Below are positions 28,250 through 35,846 of a DNA stretch of 64,000 nt, one piece after another. The notes beneath the pieces were generated by a model, which saw nothing but the letters and a program-made list of their open reading frames with translations, was not told where the DNA came from and made no database searches. Made by a program: the position numbers and the translations under genes. Source of the DNA: Candidatus Bipolaricaulota bacterium (GTDB lineage: Bacteria; Bipolaricaulota; Bipolaricaulia; M55B111). Positions within the stretch are counted from its first letter, which is position 1. The number at the start of each line of letters is the position of its first letter. The stretch lies in NCBI GenBank assembly GCA_018400715.1, contig JAGYME010000003.1, positions 8,996 to 72,995 on the forward strand, read 5' to 3'.

Positions 28250-29099
28250 CGAGTCCCGCAAAGTAAACATCTCCGGGACAGGCCAGCTGGCCGGAGGAGA
28301 ATACGAGAGCGTTACGGTTGCGGGTTCGGGGACCGTCACCGGAGATTTAATCGCCGATGAGGTCATTGTGACCGGCTCGGGTAGGTTTTCGGGCTCGGTG
28401 ACTGTGGAAGAGATGCGGTCCTCCGGTTCTTGTAAAATCGAAGGAGAGCTCCACGCGACTAACCTGGTGGTCTGGGGAAGTCTGGAGGTCCGGGAAGACG
28501 TGGTCGCGGAATTGATAAAAATCTACGGGTCCCTGAGCGCGAGGGAGGACGTCCGTTCGGACAAGACGTTCCTTGCGGGTTCCTGTAGCTTGGGCGGTAG
28601 CCTGGAAGCTGAAGAGTTTATCTCTAGAGGGACGTTCGATATTTCTGATCTGTTAACCGCAGATCTGGTAAAGGCCTGGCTGGTGGGCGATAATTCCGCC
28701 GGCGAGATAGGTGGCCGAGAGGTAATTATCTCCGCGAGTGGCCTTGGGTTTGACGTAGACGAAGACATGGTCAGGCAGGGGGCCGAGAACGTTGATAGCG
28801 CGTTGAAAAATTTTGGTAAAGGGCTGGGGTTTGACGTCGAACTTGATAGCGAAAAAATATCCAGGGAAGTCAGTAGACTGGGGGGAAAGCTCGGGTCCTT
28901 CGTTAGCAGTTGGGAGACGGGAAACCTTTCAGCTCGACTTATCGAAGGAGACGATCTGAGGCTTGGTGGCGTACGGGCGGAAACCGTTCGCGGGGGTAGG
29001 GTAGACATTGAAGAAAATTGCAAAGTCCAGCTCGTGGAATATCGCGATTCGTTAGATGTGGCTGGTTCTTCAGAAGTATCAGAGAGAGGAAGATTGTAA
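28236..29099 (+). CDS. Bactofilin-like (polymer-forming cytoskeletal, YhbE/YhbF-like) beta-helical repeat protein
   Basis: ATG at 28236 with GAGGAAGG 5 nt upstream (the ORF-track TTG is at 28212). Repeats are ISGTGQLAGGEYESVTVAGSGTVTGDLIADEVIVTGSGRFSGSVTVEEMRSSGSCKIEGELHA. Confidence 0.65.
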   Translation: MNRDNESRKVNISGTGQLAGGEYESVTVAGSGTVTGDLIADEVIVTGSGRFSGSVTVEEMRSSGSCKIEGELHATNLVVWGSLEVREDVVAELIKIYGSLSAREDVRSDKTFLAGSCSLGGSLEAEEFISRGTFDISDLLTADLVKAWLVGDNSAGEIGGREVIISASGLGFDVDEDMVRQGAENVDSALKNFGKGLGFDVELDSEKISREVSRLGGKLGSFVSSWETGNLSARLIEGDDLRLGGVRAETVRGGRVDIEENCKVQLVEYRDSLDVAGSSEVSERGRL

Positions 29100-29360
29100 A
29101 TGTTTGCTATTCTTAGCTTTATACTTCATCTTGTCGGATTCATATTTTCCATACTATTCGGGCTCCTTGGCCTTCTCTTCAGCCTGGTCTTTGGCGTCGT
29201 GGAGTTTTCGGTTATCGTCCCTATAGTCATCATATTGGCTATTACAGGTCTCTTTTTCTGGCACCCTCTGCTGTGGATTGGAGTAGCCCTCATCCTCTAC
29301 TACCTGTACAGGGGGAACAAGAATAACCGCTATATAAAACTCCGCAGGCACGAAAACTAG
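29100..29360 (+). CDS. Small membrane protein (2-3 TM), hypothetical
   Basis: The ATG immediately follows the stop of the previous gene, with a GAGGAAG RBS inside it. 86 aa, almost entirely hydrophobic, with a basic tail. Confidence 0.5.
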   Translation: MFAILSFILHLVGFIFSILFGLLGLLFSLVFGVVEFSVIVPIVIILAITGLFFWHPLLWIGVALILYYLYRGNKNNRYIKLRRHEN

Positions 29361-29391
29361 CCATCGCGTTAGTTAGCCCTCAGAGGTTATC

Positions 29392-30525
29392 GTGAAGGTC
29401 GAAGAAGAACTTGAAGAGTACGGTTTTGATATCCGGTCTTACAGGCGGGCTAAAAGATACGAACGGGAAAAGTTACGGTTGGGTGTTGCTGAAGGTACGC
29501 TCTCGTTCGCTGGGTTGATCGCCTTCGGTATCTGGGGTTCAGCAGACCTCTATCGCGCCCTGTCAGGCTTCCTACCTGGCCAATGGGGGGCTAGGGTCGT
29601 GTATATCCTGGTCTTCGTGGCCGGGGCCTTCGTCCTGGACCTACCTCCTGGCTGGGTTGGGCACTCGATCGAGAAGAACTACGGTTTATCTCGGCAGGAC
29701 CTCAACGACTGGTTTGTCGACCAGGCGAAAAGTCTGGGAATTACCCTCACTCTTTCCCTGATAACTCTGGTCCCTCTGTTTTGGGTTATAAGCGTTTCGT
29801 CGCTCTGGTGGGTGTGGGCCTGGCTCGTCGGTACGGGGGTTATCTTATTCATCAGTTTTATCTCGCCGACAATACTCATGCCTATCTTTTATAACTTTGA
29901 GGAAGTAGAAGACGAAGCCCTGTTAAATAGGCTGTCGGACCTGGCGGACCGGTCCGACGTCGACGTTATCGGGGTTTTCAGGATGGATGCCGGAGAGAAG
30001 ACCAGGAAGGCTACGGGTGGCCTGACGGGGATTGGTTCGTCGAGAAGGATTATCCTTTCCGACACCATGTTAGAGAACTATTCCAACGAGGAAATAGAGG
30101 CGGTAATGGCCCATGAAATCGGCCACCATAAATATGGAGATATCTGGATCCTTCTTTTTCAGCAGTCCCTACTCCTTTTCGTCGGACTATTTCTTGTGTC
30201 CACCTTTCTCGGTGAGATCTTGGCCCCTCTTGGTATGGGCTTAAACGTGAGCTCACTTCCGTTTCTCCTTGGGATAATTGGTCTCGTGGAGGCGGTATTT
30301 TCGCCGTTGGCAAACTATATCAGTCGGTCCCGGGAACGTAAGGCCGACGACTTTAGTCTCCAGACTTCCTCTGTCCCTGAAGCCCTTGGCGACGGCCTGG
30401 TTAAGCTCTCCCAGCAGAACCTTGGCAATCCTGCGCCCCCTAAGTTGGTTGAATTGCTTTTTTACGATCATCCCGCTGGCCTATCGAGGGTTAAAAGGGC
30501 CCACGAAAAAAAGAACACATGTTAG
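29392..30525 (+). CDS. M48 family zinc metallopeptidase (Ste24/HtpX-like, polytopic membrane)
   Basis: GTG start. Several N-terminal TMs, HExxH motif MAHEIGHHKYGD, and a downstream E (SRSRERKADDF) consistent with M48. Confidence 0.8.
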   Translation: MKVEEELEEYGFDIRSYRRAKRYEREKLRLGVAEGTLSFAGLIAFGIWGSADLYRALSGFLPGQWGARVVYILVFVAGAFVLDLPPGWVGHSIEKNYGLSRQDLNDWFVDQAKSLGITLTLSLITLVPLFWVISVSSLWWVWAWLVGTGVILFISFISPTILMPIFYNFEEVEDEALLNRLSDLADRSDVDVIGVFRMDAGEKTRKATGGLTGIGSSRRIILSDTMLENYSNEEIEAVMAHEIGHHKYGDIWILLFQQSLLLFVGLFLVSTFLGEILAPLGMGLNVSSLPFLLGIIGLVEAVFSPLANYISRSRERKADDFSLQTSSVPEALGDGLVKLSQQNLGNPAPPKLVELLFYDHPAGLSRVKRAHEKKNTC

Positions 30526-30624
30526 GTTTGAGAATACTTGACCTTGTGTGGTAAGATAACTTCAACGAGCTTGTGATTATATTTACTAACTTAACAAGAA
30601 ATTTCAAGCGAGGGGGTTAGGGTT

Positions 30625-31359
30625 ATGCGGGAAATATGGGTGGACCAGTCCGCCGGAGTCAGGTATCTCCTCCTTATCGTGACCTTGGGAGTCCTCCTGT
30701 TGGGGGTAGGGTTTATGGGATATGGCGAGCCGGAGCTTGCCGTGGTTGAGGGGGATTGGATCCAACTCAAGGAAGCAACTGAGGGTGAGATATTGAGCGG
30801 GTCTTTCACGTTGACTAACCAGGGCGATAGTGCTCTTGAGGTTTACAATTTCATAGTCACGTGTGCCTGTGTAGAGATACTTAACCGAGACGTGGAAGAG
30901 CTGGCGCCGGGGGAGTCCAGGACCGTGAAGTTTACCTTTGACACGACCGGCTACGGCGGCAAGGAGACACGAAAGGAGGTAATGATCTTTTCGAGTGCGT
31001 CAAGTGACCCCGAAAGACTCTCCATCTCGGTAAAGGTCAGAGAAAGACAGAAATATCATATCCTTCCCGAGGGACTTCTTGAACGGCTATCCGTTTTGGT
31101 CGACACCCGCTCTCCGGAACGTTTCAGGCGTGGACATATCGTGGGTGCTGTTAACGTACCGGAACAAGAACTCGAGCGCTATCTGAGGGCGTTACCCCCC
31201 GAGGTATCGGTCGTCATTTACTCCCAATCGGGGGAAGCTGCAAGTTCAATCGTGGCCGATCTTTCCGCGGAGTTCGACGGTGAGTTGAAGAGCCTCGTTG
31301 GAGGTTTTGAGAGGTGGTCTATCCTCTACGAGAGTTACGTGGTCCGGGGTCGGTACTGA
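30625..31359 (+). CDS. Membrane-anchored DUF1573-like domain fused to a rhodanese-homology domain lacking the catalytic Cys
   Basis: GAGGGGG RBS, one TM, and the DUF1573-like pattern GSFTLTNQGDSALEV...TCAC...APGESRTVKFTF. The rhodanese part is LVDTRSPERFRRGHIVGAVNVP, with active-site loop position VVIYSQSGEAAS (Ser where Cys is expected). Confidence 0.7.
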   Translation: MREIWVDQSAGVRYLLLIVTLGVLLLGVGFMGYGEPELAVVEGDWIQLKEATEGEILSGSFTLTNQGDSALEVYNFIVTCACVEILNRDVEELAPGESRTVKFTFDTTGYGGKETRKEVMIFSSASSDPERLSISVKVRERQKYHILPEGLLERLSVLVDTRSPERFRRGHIVGAVNVPEQELERYLRALPPEVSVVIYSQSGEAASSIVADLSAEFDGELKSLVGGFERWSILYESYVVRGRY

Positions 31360-31393
31360 TGCCTTGTCCTTGTCTGTCTAAATATAAACGAAC

Positions 31394-32506
31394 ATGAACG
31401 ATACAAAACTTGCGGTAATTTCTTTTCTGCTGGTGTTATGCTTTACCCTCATATACCAGGTCCCCTTTGCTGCCTCCAAATCGGGAGAAATATTGTTCTT
31501 CTCCTCTACCGGTTGCGCTCACTGTGCCAAATGGGAGGCCTACCTGGACGATAACGTAGAGCGGATCTCCGGACTCAAGGTGAGAAAATTAGAAATCCGC
31601 GAAAGCGACAACGCGGTGCTCCTCCAACGGCTATCGAGGAATTATGATGTTACGCCGGAGGTCCCAACGATATTCGTTGGAGACGCCGTTATCCAGGAGG
31701 GAAGGGTTGATAACCTCGACGAAATTCGCGGAATAGTTATGGACCACATGCACGAGGCCTCCCCATTGGAACGGCTTAACGGAGAATTCGAAACCGGTGG
31801 CGATAGCGTGGGGAAAGGAATTACTATCCCGGCTGTCCTTGGTGCAGCCGCGGTTGACGCGGTAAACCCGTGTGCATTCGCGGTCCTCTCCTTGCTCCTC
31901 GGGACGATACTCCTGGGGGACAAGAATAGGAGAAAAGTCATCCTGGCCGGCCTCGCCTTCACGTGTTCGACGTTCATCTCTTACACCCTAATCGGCGTCG
32001 GTCTGTTGACCGCCATTAAGATTTCCGGGGTGCAGCACTACCTCTACTTGGTGATCGCAATCTTCGCCCTGGTCGCGGGGCTCTGGAACGTGAAAGACTT
32101 CCTGTGGTATGGCAAGTGGTTCTCGATTGAGGTCCCAAAAATCTGGCAACCACAATTAAAGAAGGTTACGCAAAGCGTATCGTCAGTTCCGGGGGCCTTT
32201 GGCGTAGGGTTTTTAACGAGTCTATTTTTACTTCCGTGTACTTCGGGTCCTTACGTAGTGATCGTCGGCATGTTGAGTACGAGCTCCGCAAAACTGCTGG
32301 GGTTCTCGTTGTTGGTTCTCTACAACGTGATCTTCGTCATTCCCTTCGTTCTGATCACCCTGCTCATCGGCTTTGGGATGACGACAACTGCCAGGGTGGA
32401 GAGCTGGAGAAGAAACAAGCTGAATAAACTACATTTATTTACGGGTCTGGTTATGTTAGGATTAGGAATAACGATGCTAGTTTTCGTCCTCACTGGGAGG
32501 ATTTAG
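31394..32506 (+). CDS. ccdA: Thioredoxin/glutaredoxin-like domain fused to a CcdA/DsbD-type transmembrane electron-transfer domain
   Basis: Signal/anchor, CxxC (STGCAHCAKW), then a TM domain with the two conserved Cys motifs AVNPCAF and LPCTSGP. Confidence 0.8.
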   Translation: MNDTKLAVISFLLVLCFTLIYQVPFAASKSGEILFFSSTGCAHCAKWEAYLDDNVERISGLKVRKLEIRESDNAVLLQRLSRNYDVTPEVPTIFVGDAVIQEGRVDNLDEIRGIVMDHMHEASPLERLNGEFETGGDSVGKGITIPAVLGAAAVDAVNPCAFAVLSLLLGTILLGDKNRRKVILAGLAFTCSTFISYTLIGVGLLTAIKISGVQHYLYLVIAIFALVAGLWNVKDFLWYGKWFSIEVPKIWQPQLKKVTQSVSSVPGAFGVGFLTSLFLLPCTSGPYVVIVGMLSTSSAKLLGFSLLVLYNVIFVIPFVLITLLIGFGMTTTARVESWRRNKLNKLHLFTGLVMLGLGITMLVFVLTGRI

Positions 32507-32549
32507 TGTGCGATGACTTACCATATTCCTGAAAGTTAGCGGGTTTTTG

Positions 32550-33590
32550 ATGGAAAATATAACTGTCAACCAGAACGATAAGTGTATAGAAATTATAGGC
32601 GAACTCGACGTACTGAGTTCCGCTCCCCATAACGGTGGTTTTGCCAAAACCGATCGGATTGTCAACCTAAATACGCCCGAAGACGAAGAGGGTCCGGTCC
32701 GCGATTTCATTCGAGAGCAGCTCCCCCTGTCTGCGGAGGAGGCCAACCGGGCTGTCGGTTTCGTCACCGCCGCTGACGTCTCCAGCGCTTATCTCTCCGA
32801 GGTGGAGTTGGACGGCGGCCGCCTGTTTGTAGCTTTGACGGCTGGGGTTGGAGATCCCATAGACTGCAGATACCACCGGACGATAAACGTCATCGTCGTC
32901 ACTGATCTTAACCTTACCCAGACTTCCATGGCAAACCTATTCATCGTGGTTACCGAAGCGAAGACGGCCGCGTTGAGGGAACTGGACGTGATTAAGAACG
33001 GACGACGGATAACGGGGACGCCGACCGACGCAGTCGCGGTAGCTGTCACGGGGTACGCGGAGGGACACGAAGTGCTTTACTCCGGGACGGCGACACAAAT
33101 TGGGCAGGCGACGTTTGACCTGGTCAAGGAAGGCGTAATGGAGAGTTTAGAAGATAACAATGGGTACCGGAGAGATAGGAGCATTCTATCCCGCCTCGCC
33201 GAACGGGGCGTGACCCGGAGAAAAATTCTCGAGTCCGCAACCGCGATGGTCGTCGGAGAACACGACGAGGGGGATCTGGAGAGGCGTTTTACGGAGGCAA
33301 TTGAGCGGTTTGCCGGTGACCCAAACGTTTACTTTTTGCTTGCTTCAGCCCTTCACCTCGAGGAGGAACGGGAGAGGTCGACCCTCGAGGGGGACCCCGG
33401 GAACCTGATAGCGGACGAGTTAATCGGAATTGACCTTGCGGAGTACATAGGTGGGAAAAATGCTTTGTTCAATTTCATCCGGTATGACAGGGAGAAGCCC
33501 GGCGTGTTGTCCAAGCTGCCACCTTTCTTGGACGATGCGGTTGGAGGGCTTATTGCTGGAACCATGACGAGAATATTCGCGGGGGATTGA
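32550..33590 (+). CDS. cbiZ: Adenosylcobinamide amidohydrolase CbiZ fused to a C-terminal PgpA/CobZ-like domain
   Basis: CbiZ motifs LSSAPHNGGF and GTINVIV-like (HRTINVIVVTD), GTPTDAVAV. The C-terminal part ends with the PgpA-like FLDDAVGGLIAG. Confidence 0.7.
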   Translation: MENITVNQNDKCIEIIGELDVLSSAPHNGGFAKTDRIVNLNTPEDEEGPVRDFIREQLPLSAEEANRAVGFVTAADVSSAYLSEVELDGGRLFVALTAGVGDPIDCRYHRTINVIVVTDLNLTQTSMANLFIVVTEAKTAALRELDVIKNGRRITGTPTDAVAVAVTGYAEGHEVLYSGTATQIGQATFDLVKEGVMESLEDNNGYRRDRSILSRLAERGVTRRKILESATAMVVGEHDEGDLERRFTEAIERFAGDPNVYFLLASALHLEEERERSTLEGDPGNLIADELIGIDLAEYIGGKNALFNFIRYDREKPGVLSKLPPFLDDAVGGLIAGTMTRIFAGD

Positions 33591-33671
33591 TCGGGGTCAT
33601 GACCGATCGCGAGAAGATTGGCGAGAATCAAGACTTTTCAATAACTTAACAAACCCAAGGGTGAAAATCAG

Positions 33672-33959
33672 ATGTCAAATATTAGAAGATTGGTACTCGA
33701 TATCATGAAGCCACATACACCCTCAGTTATCAAATATTCGACTGAGTTGGCGGACTTGCCGTGTATATCGGGCGTTAACTCTTCCATGGTAGAGATCGAC
33801 CACGAGGTTGAAAACATAAAAGTTACCCTCGAAGGGGACGACATTAAGTACGACCGCGTAGAAGACGTTATCGAAAACCTTGGTGGAAGCGTGCATTCCG
33901 TTGACAAGGTCCTCTGTGGCAAGGAGCTGGTAAAAGAACTCCGGACGCCTCAGGACTAG
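33672..33959 (+). CDS. DUF211 family protein (COG1888)
   Basis: 95 aa. IRRLVLDIMKPHTPSVI...VEIDHEVENIKVTLEGDDI...GGSVHSVDKV matches the DUF211 pattern I recall from archaeal homologues. Confidence 0.8.
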   Translation: MSNIRRLVLDIMKPHTPSVIKYSTELADLPCISGVNSSMVEIDHEVENIKVTLEGDDIKYDRVEDVIENLGGSVHSVDKVLCGKELVKELRTPQD

Positions 33960-34023
33960 ACTGAATCGGGGTACATTATAGGAAAGGGATTTCCGAGGTC
34001 TATCCAGGGGTGAACTATAATTA

Positions 34024-34572
34024 ATGGACTTTAAAGACCTTGAGCTGTCGGCTGCAAGTCGCGGACTGATGGACGGTACGTTGTCGACCCTGGGAGTGGT
34101 AATTGGTGCCCAGGGTGCGGCACCGGAGATAATCATTGCCGCCGGCATCTCCGGAGGAATTGCTAACAGTTTTTCTAACATCTTTGCCGCGTTTACGGCG
34201 TATGAAACGGAGTTGATGATGGAAGTTAACTCCATCAAGAACTCTATGTTGAGAAAGGATATGCAGGACACGGAGGTTTACGAGCAGGGGAAGCGTGAGG
34301 TAAATAAGCAGAGCCTGGCGGACGGTTTGGCCACCGCCTTTGGTGCTCTGGTACCAGTACTTCCGTACTTCTTTTTCCCCTCCCGTCATTCCGTTTTCAT
34401 CGCAGTCGGATTAACCGCAGTCCTCGGGTTGCTGGTCGGAGTAGTAATGGGCAGTATTTCGAAGAGGAGCTTGATTGGAATGGGGATTAAGATGGCCGTC
34501 TTCGCTGTTCTAGTGGGAATCATCTCCGCAATTGTCCAGCTGGGTCTGAGCTCTGCGCTTCCCAAATCGTGA
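34024..34572 (+). CDS. VIT1/CCC1-related membrane protein (short form, TIGR00267-like)
   Basis: 182 aa. DGTLSTLGVVIGA...ISGGIANSFSN, and a C-terminal pair of TMs. Confidence 0.7.
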   Translation: MDFKDLELSAASRGLMDGTLSTLGVVIGAQGAAPEIIIAAGISGGIANSFSNIFAAFTAYETELMMEVNSIKNSMLRKDMQDTEVYEQGKREVNKQSLADGLATAFGALVPVLPYFFFPSRHSVFIAVGLTAVLGLLVGVVMGSISKRSLIGMGIKMAVFAVLVGIISAIVQLGLSSALPKS

Positions 34573-34580
34573 CGGGTCGG

Positions 34581-35780
34581 TTACTGGAGGACCCCCTTCA
34601 AGGCCTTTATCCAGCTCATCAGCTGGTGAATGATGAGGAAGTGTTCCTTTACCTGGTTGTGGGCACTTCCCCCGAGTTTCGCCCCCAGTTCTGGGTCCTC
34701 TAAAATTCGGATTATCCTGTCGGCTACCTCCTCGTGGTCTTCCGGGTCGACCAGGAAGCCCGTTTCTTCGTCAACGATCTGGAGCGGAATCCCGCCTACG
34801 TTGGATCCAACTACGGGGGCTCCCTTCCAGAGCGCTTCCGTAACGGTTAGTCCAAACCCTTCCCGCAGAGATTTCTGCATGACGACGGAGGAGACGCGCT
34901 GTAGCACGTTCACCAGTATGTCGCTCTCCTTGTTGATAATTATTACGTCGTCCCTATCCTTGACTTTTTCCATCAATCTCTCATAGGTCTTAGGCCCCTC
35001 CGGGTCGTCAATTGCAGGTGCCCCCAGCAGCACCAGGCGGCTGTCTACTTCTTCCTTGACGATATCGAATACGTCTACCACTCCCTCAGGGTCCTTCCAC
35101 TTATCAAACCGGGATATCTGGCTTATTATCGGCTTATCAGTTGGGATCCCATATTTTTCCAGGTACTTGTCCCTTGTCGAATCCCCGATCTCCTTGTTCT
35201 TAACAGTCAACGGGTCGATCGCGGGATGAATTATCTCCGAATCAAGTGAGATATCACCCGTTACGAAGTCCTCGGTTGAGAACACGGTCTTGTCGTAGCG
35301 TATTATGAAGCCCTTTAGGTAATCCCAGACCTCGGGATTCGGCTCCGATAGGTCGACGTGACATCTCCATATCCATGGCTGTCTCTTCTTTACGTATCTG
35401 ATGAGCGGTAAGGGCTGAGGGTCGTGGACTATTACTATGTCATGGTCAATGTCGGAGTAACTGAGAAATCTCCGATTGGTCCTCGTATATACGGACCGCT
35501 TATGTGCTGAGAAGTTTATATCTGCGCCCTGGAGGGCGTTGTGAAATTTCTTGGTCACGTTAAAGAAGTCGTGGGTCCCGTGGATTATTCTCCACTCCGC
35601 CTCCAATCCAAGGTCGCTCATCAACGGCACCAGCCTGTTCAGGACCTCTGCCACACCCCCTCCCTGATAGCTGGAATTCAAGTGGAGGACCTTTTTCCCG
35701 TAGAGGCCCCTGCTCTGTTTGAAAATCTGCGAGATCATCTTGTCGCCGACGATGTTCCGATAGTCTTCCAGATGTTTCAC
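34581..35780 (-). CDS. treT: Trehalose glycosyltransferring synthase TreT (GT4)
   Basis: GTG start with GAGGTGG 5 nt upstream. LEDYRNIVG, HLNSSYQGGGVAEVLNRLVPL, FFNVTKKFHNALQG, VHDPQP, WIWRCHVDLS, SLREGFGLTVTEALWKG. These are close to the Thermococcales TreT sequences I recall. Confidence 0.85.
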   Translation of the reverse strand: MKHLEDYRNIVGDKMISQIFKQSRGLYGKKVLHLNSSYQGGGVAEVLNRLVPLMSDLGLEAEWRIIHGTHDFFNVTKKFHNALQGADINFSAHKRSVYTRTNRRFLSYSDIDHDIVIVHDPQPLPLIRYVKKRQPWIWRCHVDLSEPNPEVWDYLKGFIIRYDKTVFSTEDFVTGDISLDSEIIHPAIDPLTVKNKEIGDSTRDKYLEKYGIPTDKPIISQISRFDKWKDPEGVVDVFDIVKEEVDSRLVLLGAPAIDDPEGPKTYERLMEKVKDRDDVIIINKESDILVNVLQRVSSVVMQKSLREGFGLTVTEALWKGAPVVGSNVGGIPLQIVDEETGFLVDPEDHEEVADRIIRILEDPELGAKLGGSAHNQVKEHFLIIHQLMSWIKALKGVLQ

Positions 35781-35846
35781 GTTACCACCTCAGTGTTTGA
35801 TTGTCTGGTCATCAAACCGTGATAGACGTTAAATTAACGGGTTAGC

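Noticed and set aside
33591-33671. Possible yybP-ykoY (Mn) riboswitch upstream of the DUF211/VIT1-like pair.
   Set aside because: The gap is only 80 nt and lacks the conserved GGGGAGUAG / CUUGACA-type blocks. There is only a 6-bp hairpin (GATCGG...CCGATC) without a U-tract.
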